From the NCBI GenBank assembly GCA_034676525.1, contig JAUCCA010000012.1, forward strand, positions 417,033-481,032: a DNA stretch of 64,000 nt. The letters are read 5' to 3'. Positions within the stretch are counted from its first letter, which is position 1. Every line of letters starts with the position of its first letter. A program made the translations under genes and the position numbers. This stretch comes from Giesbergeria sp. GTDB taxonomy: Bacteria; Pseudomonadota; Gammaproteobacteria; Burkholderiales; Burkholderiaceae_C. This document shows, piece after piece, positions 60,121 to 64,000 of the stretch. A model generated the notes under the pieces. It saw only the letters and a program-made list of their open reading frames with translations. It was not told the DNA's origin and made no database searches.

Positions 60121-61652
60121 TTACGCCTCCTGCGCCACCGGAAACTTCCGCGGTGTGAGCAGCACCACCGCCAGCACCACCACCGCTGCCACCGCCACGC
60201 CCACATAAATGTGGTGGGTCGCGGTGAACATGGCCTGCCTCAGATACTGATCGGCTGCCTCGTTCAACGCATGCCCATGCAAGGCGCCAATCACCGCGTC
60301 GACATCACGCGGCAGCGTGGCGCTCAGTGCAGCCGGCGCGCGCGCCAATTCGCTGGCTATTGCAGCATTGAAGATCGCGCCGAACAAGGCTGCGCCCAAA
60401 GTCTGGCCCAGGTAGCGCGAGAACATGTTGGCGCCTGTGGCCACGCCGCGTTGCTGCCATGGCACTGCCGATTGCACGCCCACCAACAGCGGCGTGGAAA
60501 GCAGGCCAAAGCCGGCGCCCAGCACGGCTTGGTCCAGCGCCACCAGCCACACCGAACCGGGGTAAGGCATCAGCAAAAAACCAAACGCAGCGAGCACCAC
60601 CAGCACGGCGCCCGCCAGCGCGGTATCACGAAACCCGATGCGCAAATACAGGTCCCCGAAAACGACGACGCCAGCGGCCAGCCAATGCTCATGCAGGCCA
60701 GCATCAGGCCGGCACTGATGGCACCCAGGCCCAGTACCGACTGACCAAAGGTCGGCAGGTAGGTGTTGGGGCCCATCATCACCAGCCCCATGCCGATCAT
60801 GGCCAGGTTGGAACACAGCAGCACCGGTTGTCCCCAGAGCCAGCCGGGCAGCACCGGTTCGGCGGCGCGGCGCTCCACCCACACCGTCACCGCTATCAGC
60901 AACGCCGCCACTGCAAAAATGCCCACGCTTGGTGCGGACCACCACGGCCACGCCTGGCCCCCCTGCAGCAAGCCCAGCAGCAATGCGCCCACCGCAAACA
61001 GCATCGGCCCGGCGCCGGCATAGTCAATGCGGTGGCGGCGGGGTTCAACTTGCTCGTGCAAAAAGCGGGTGATCAAGAAAATGGCCACGGCGCCAATCGG
61101 CAGGTTGATCAGAAAGATCCAGCGCCACGAGGCATATTCGGCAAACGCACCCCCCAGCGTGGGCCCGAGGATCGCCGCCACGCCCCACACACTCGACAAC
61201 CAGCCCTGCACCCTGGCCCGCTCCCGCACCGAATACAAGTCACCGGCCAGCGTGTTGACGGTCGCCATGATGGCGCCCGCGCCCAGCCCCTGCAGGCCGC
61301 GAAAGGCAATCAACGCCACCATGTTCCAAGCCAGAGCCGACGCTACCGAACCGATCAGAAAAATCACCATACCGACAACCAGCACCGGCTTGCGGCCGAA
61401 CAGGTCGGCCAGCTTGCCGTAGATCGGAATCGTCACCGTCTGCGCCAGCAGGTAGATCGAAAACACCCAGCTGAACAGCGCAAAGCCGCCCAGATCGCCC
61501 ACGATCTGCGGAATGGCGGTGGAAACGATGGTGGTGTCCATGGCGGCCAGCATGATCGTGAGCATCAGCGCGGCCAGAATCCAGCCGCGCTGGGCCGGGT
61601 CAGGGGCGGCGTTGGGCGCTGGCGGCGCCGCCGGATTGTTGGTGGGAGTCAT
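60121..61652 (-). pseudogene. DHA2/EmrB-like 14-TM MFS transporter with a 1-nt frameshift near 60652-60657
   Basis: MDTTIVSTAIP, YGKLADLFGRK and WRWIFLINLPIG. After WPLASSFSG the protein continues in another frame (LYLRIGFRDTA...). Confidence 0.82.
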
Positions 61653-61754
61653 GGCAACAAGTCTTGAAATGGTTTTAGGAGCAAGCCATCAGTTCCAACC
61701 ATAGTGACCACATTCATGCGCCTTGACTGCACGATGTTGGGATGGGCGCGTGAT

Positions 61755-61786
61755 GAGCAGGTTAAGCCGCTCGCCGAAGGCGGGTT
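61755..61786 (-). other. Distal half of an attC site split by the IS; R' box missing
   Basis: Minus strand AACC-CGCCTTCGGCG-AGC-GGCTTAA-CCTGCTC, then no GTTRRRY. Confidence 0.6.
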
Positions 61787-61854
61787 TGACCTGCCCCCCA
61801 TAACCCGTACCGGCCATTCTTCCAAGAAGTCCATCAACCCGGAGAATGATGGAC

Positions 61855-62121
61855 ATGAGAACAAGCAAATTCAGCGAAGAGCAAATCATCGGTTTTCTCA
61901 GGCAAGCTGAGGTCGGAATGCCGATCAAAGAGATCGGACGCAAACACGGCTTCAGCGATGCCTCGTTCTACAAGTGGCGCTCCAAGTTCGGTGGCATGGA
62001 TGCCTCTGAGGCCAAACGGCTTCGGGAGCTGGAACTGGAGAACGGCAAGCTCAAGCGGCTGCTGGCCGAGGCCCACCTGGACATCCACGCGCTCAAAAGC
62101 GTCTTTGGCACAAAGCGCTAG
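61855..62121 (+). CDS. IS3 transposase OrfA (HTH)
   Basis: SKFSEEQII...RKHGFSDASFYKWRSKFGGM...LELENGKLKRLLAE. Confidence 0.93.
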   Translation: MRTSKFSEEQIIGFLRQAEVGMPIKEIGRKHGFSDASFYKWRSKFGGMDASEAKRLRELELENGKLKRLLAEAHLDIHALKSVFGTKR

Positions 62122-62999
62122 CCCCACAAGTCAAACGCGAGGCTGTCGGACGCATGGTGGGCGAACACCACCTGTCTGAACGCCACGCCTGCGCCCTTGT
62201 GGGGCTAAGCCGAGATACCTACCGCCATGTGAGTCACACCAGTGCGCTCAATGTGGAGTTGCGCGAAAAAATCGTCCGAACTGCCCATGAGCGCAGGCGC
62301 TGGGGCTACCGAATGATCCATGACGTTCTGCGCCCGCAATACCCTGACATCAATCACAAGCGGGTGTACCGCATCTACACGGCCGAAGGCCTGTCCATCA
62401 GGAAACGCAAGAAGGCCAAGCGCATTGGTGTTCGTGTGCCACTGGTGGCGGCCTTGGCAGTCAATCAGACCTGGAGCATGGACTTTGTGAGCGATGCGAT
62501 CGCCAGGCCGGGTGCGGTAGCGCGGCGTATCAAATGCCTCACGGTGGCAGACGACTTCAGTCATGAATGCGTAGACATCACCGCAGACTTTGGCATTGGT
62601 GGTGCCTACGTCACCCGTCTATTGGATCGAGCCGCCATGTTTCGGGGCTACCCCAAGGCGGTCAGAACCGACAACGGACCGGAGTTCACTTGCCGGGCCT
62701 TCATGACGTGGGCACAGAAACACGGCATCAAACACATCCTGATCGAGCCCGGTAGTCCGACTCAGAACGCCTACATCGAGAGCTTCAACGGCACGTTCCG
62801 AGATGAATGCCTCGACGAGAACTGGTTTGAATCCCTGGAGCAGGCCCGCCAGATCATCGCCAAATGGAGAACCGACTACAACGAAATCAGACCCCACAGC
62901 AGTTGCGGGCGTGCGCCGCCTGCAACCTTCGCCGCATTGAATCGCCGGTTAACCGGCGATTCAATGCTACAGAGCTCGACCAACGCAGGGATCAGTTAG
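62112..62999 (+). CDS. IS3 transposase OrfB (DDE), joined by -1 frameshift at A_AAG 62112-62115
   Basis: WSMDF, DNGPEF and QNAYIESFNGTFRDECL. Confidence 0.92.
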   Translation, partial: KALAPQVKREAVGRMVGEHHLSERHACALVGLSRDTYRHVSHTSALNVELREKIVRTAHERRRWGYRMIHDVLRPQYPDINHKRVYRIYTAEGLSIRKRKKAKRIGVRVPLVAALAVNQTWSMDFVSDAIARPGAVARRIKCLTVADDFSHECVDITADFGIGGAYVTRLLDRAAMFRGYPKAVRTDNGPEFTCRAFMTWAQKHGIKHILIEPGSPTQNAYIESFNGTFRDECLDENWFESLEQARQIIAKWRTDYNEIRPHSSCGRAPPATFAALNRRLTGDSMLQSSTNAGIS

Positions 63000-63056
63000 C
63001 CTTGCAAACCTCGGACTTCCGGAATTTCGATTGGTACGGCGGTAGGGGGCAGGTCA

Positions 63057-63081
63057 GGTTGGCTTGAGCGGCCAGTTAGAC
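63057..63081 (-). other. Proximal half of the split attC (R'' and L'')
   Basis: Minus strand GTCTAAC-TGGCCGC-TCAAGCC-AACC, then the IS. Confidence 0.7.
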
Positions 63082-63274
63082 ACAGCGCCAACTGTCGGGC
63101 GACTGCGCAGAGCCAAAATGCTATGAAAAAGAAAGCTTCTGGCGCACGGACAGCAAGCGATAGAGCCTGCTTTGCGCATACATCTGCACCCACTATGGGA
63201 ATCGCCAGAGCGCTGGCAGTGGTGAGGGGAAAGCAAAGGCAAGAAGCAAGCTGTAGTGCGAGTTACTTCGGGAA

Positions 63275-63335
63275 GGCTGAAGAACAAAGTGAGCGGTTTG
63301 CCGTAGGACAGTCCGCTTGACTGAAGCGGTCAGGC
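63275..63335 (-). other. Degenerate attC (61 bp) overlapping the stop codon of the PIN-like gene
   Basis: GCCTGAC...TCAAGCGG...CCGCTCA-8 nt-TTCAGCC; both R boxes deviate from consensus. Confidence 0.55.
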
Positions 63336-63935
63336 GTCAGACGGTGGAAGGGTGTAAGCCACTTTGGTTCCATTGACTGTGATGTAACCCTTGGCCTCCA
63401 GCTCATTCAACAGTGCGGCTAGTTCTTGCTCCGTAAGCTGCTTCTGAAAGATCGCAGTGATGGTGCTGGAGAGAGTTTTAAGCGTTCGCGGCTTCGATGC
63501 ACCACGTTGCTGGAGGTTTGTCACGATGACAGCCAGCTTTTCGGGCGGCGACTTCGTGGTAGCAACCTTTACAAGTGGAATTTCACTTACATCGCGAGAG
63601 CGTGCTGCAAAAATCTTCTTTGTCTTTAGGTGTTGAATCAGCGGATCGAAACCCGTGTCTTTCGAGATGACATGAAAGTACGCGGTTGGATCGGCAGCGG
63701 CCAATTGCCCAATGTAATAGGCGATATGAAAGTCCAGTGCGTTCGATCCGTTACCAGATATCTTGATGTAATCCGCTTTACTGCCCATCTTCTGCAGTGC
63801 TGCAGCGGCCTCAAACGTTACTTTCGTTTGACTCGCGCCGACGAAGACAATGACTTTGAAGTGCTCGGCATCGAGCACAGAAAGTGCCTCTGGCTGAACG
63901 TTCTCGTAGTCGATGAGCACGTAGTTAGTTCTCAA
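63330..63935 (-). CDS. PIN/NYN-like domain protein with C-terminal HTH-like domain (integron cassette gene)
   Basis: VLIDYENV, GSNALDFHIAYYIG and ISKDTGFD acidic motifs; TTG start about 24 nt after a GTT core; more AT-rich than the flanks. Confidence 0.82.
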   Translation of the reverse strand: MRTNYVLIDYENVQPEALSVLDAEHFKVIVFVGASQTKVTFEAAAALQKMGSKADYIKISGNGSNALDFHIAYYIGQLAAADPTAYFHVISKDTGFDPLIQHLKTKKIFAARSRDVSEIPLVKVATTKSPPEKLAVIVTNLQQRGASKPRTLKTLSSTITAIFQKQLTEQELAALLNELEAKGYITVNGTKVAYTLPPSDA

Positions 63936-63958
63936 AAGCGTTCCCCACTAAAAATGAC

Positions 63959-64000
63959 TTCTAACGGACAAGTTCAGTGGGCGGCGTAGCCGATCCACTG
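63959..64000 (-). other. attC site, truncated by the window end
   Basis: Minus strand CAGTGG-loop-CCACTGA, 8-nt spacer, GTTAGAA core. Confidence 0.75.

Larger units (their letters stand above)
61787..63056 (+). mobile_element. IS3-family insertion sequence (IS407-group-like), 1270 bp
   Basis: Terminal inverted repeats TGACCTGCCCCC...CGTACC; 4-bp direct repeat GGTT at 61783-61786 and 63057-63060; orfA and orfB in -1 frame. Confidence 0.95.

Overview
GC-rich betaproteobacterial chromosome segment, Comamonadaceae-like by gene content and a recurring ~43-bp palindromic repeat. (1) The 3' part of ubiD is followed by a ~4.8-kb block (LuxR response regulator, frameshifted hybrid kinase, four secreted-protein genes sharing one promoter motif) that ends in a decayed second copy of the ubiD 3' end. 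(2) A minus-strand 9-gene respiratory operon (7935-17729) sits under an FNR/DNR-type box. Its heme-copper oxidase subunit I has Gln in place of the cross-linked active-site Tyr, which points to an eNOR-type nitric oxide reductase rather than an O2 reductase. The operon also carries CuA subunit II, ctaB, SCO and a divergent ctaA. It ends in an unexplained translationally coupled 4-gene module: a cytochrome b-2x[4Fe-4S]-MvhD fusion, a membrane-anchored 167-aa protein, a subunit-I paralogue lacking the CuB/FeB His-His pair, and a cytochrome b-[2Fe-2S]-FNR fusion. This module is the best candidate for an undescribed system. (3) A TetR/MacAB-TolC-like exporter operon. (4) A Cys-rich ArsR regulator divergent from an operon joining an RND efflux pump, an AhpD-like protein, DUF302 and two sulfide:quinone oxidoreductases (type I and type VI). 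(5) An ECF sigma/anti-sigma/periplasmic sensor module with two matching promoters. (6) Mostly housekeeping genes: proQ, comM-like, porin-glnK-amtB, topoisomerase IB, glcE/glcF, a D-lactate dehydrogenase-like oxidase, a PduO-type adenosyltransferase and a toxin-antitoxin pair. (7) The distal end of an integron cassette array, with an IS3-family element inserted inside the last attC site. Five genes are interrupted (four frameshifts, one amber stop); some of these may be sequencing errors. No tRNA, rRNA or CRISPR array was seen. All assignments come from reading motifs by eye; no searches were run.
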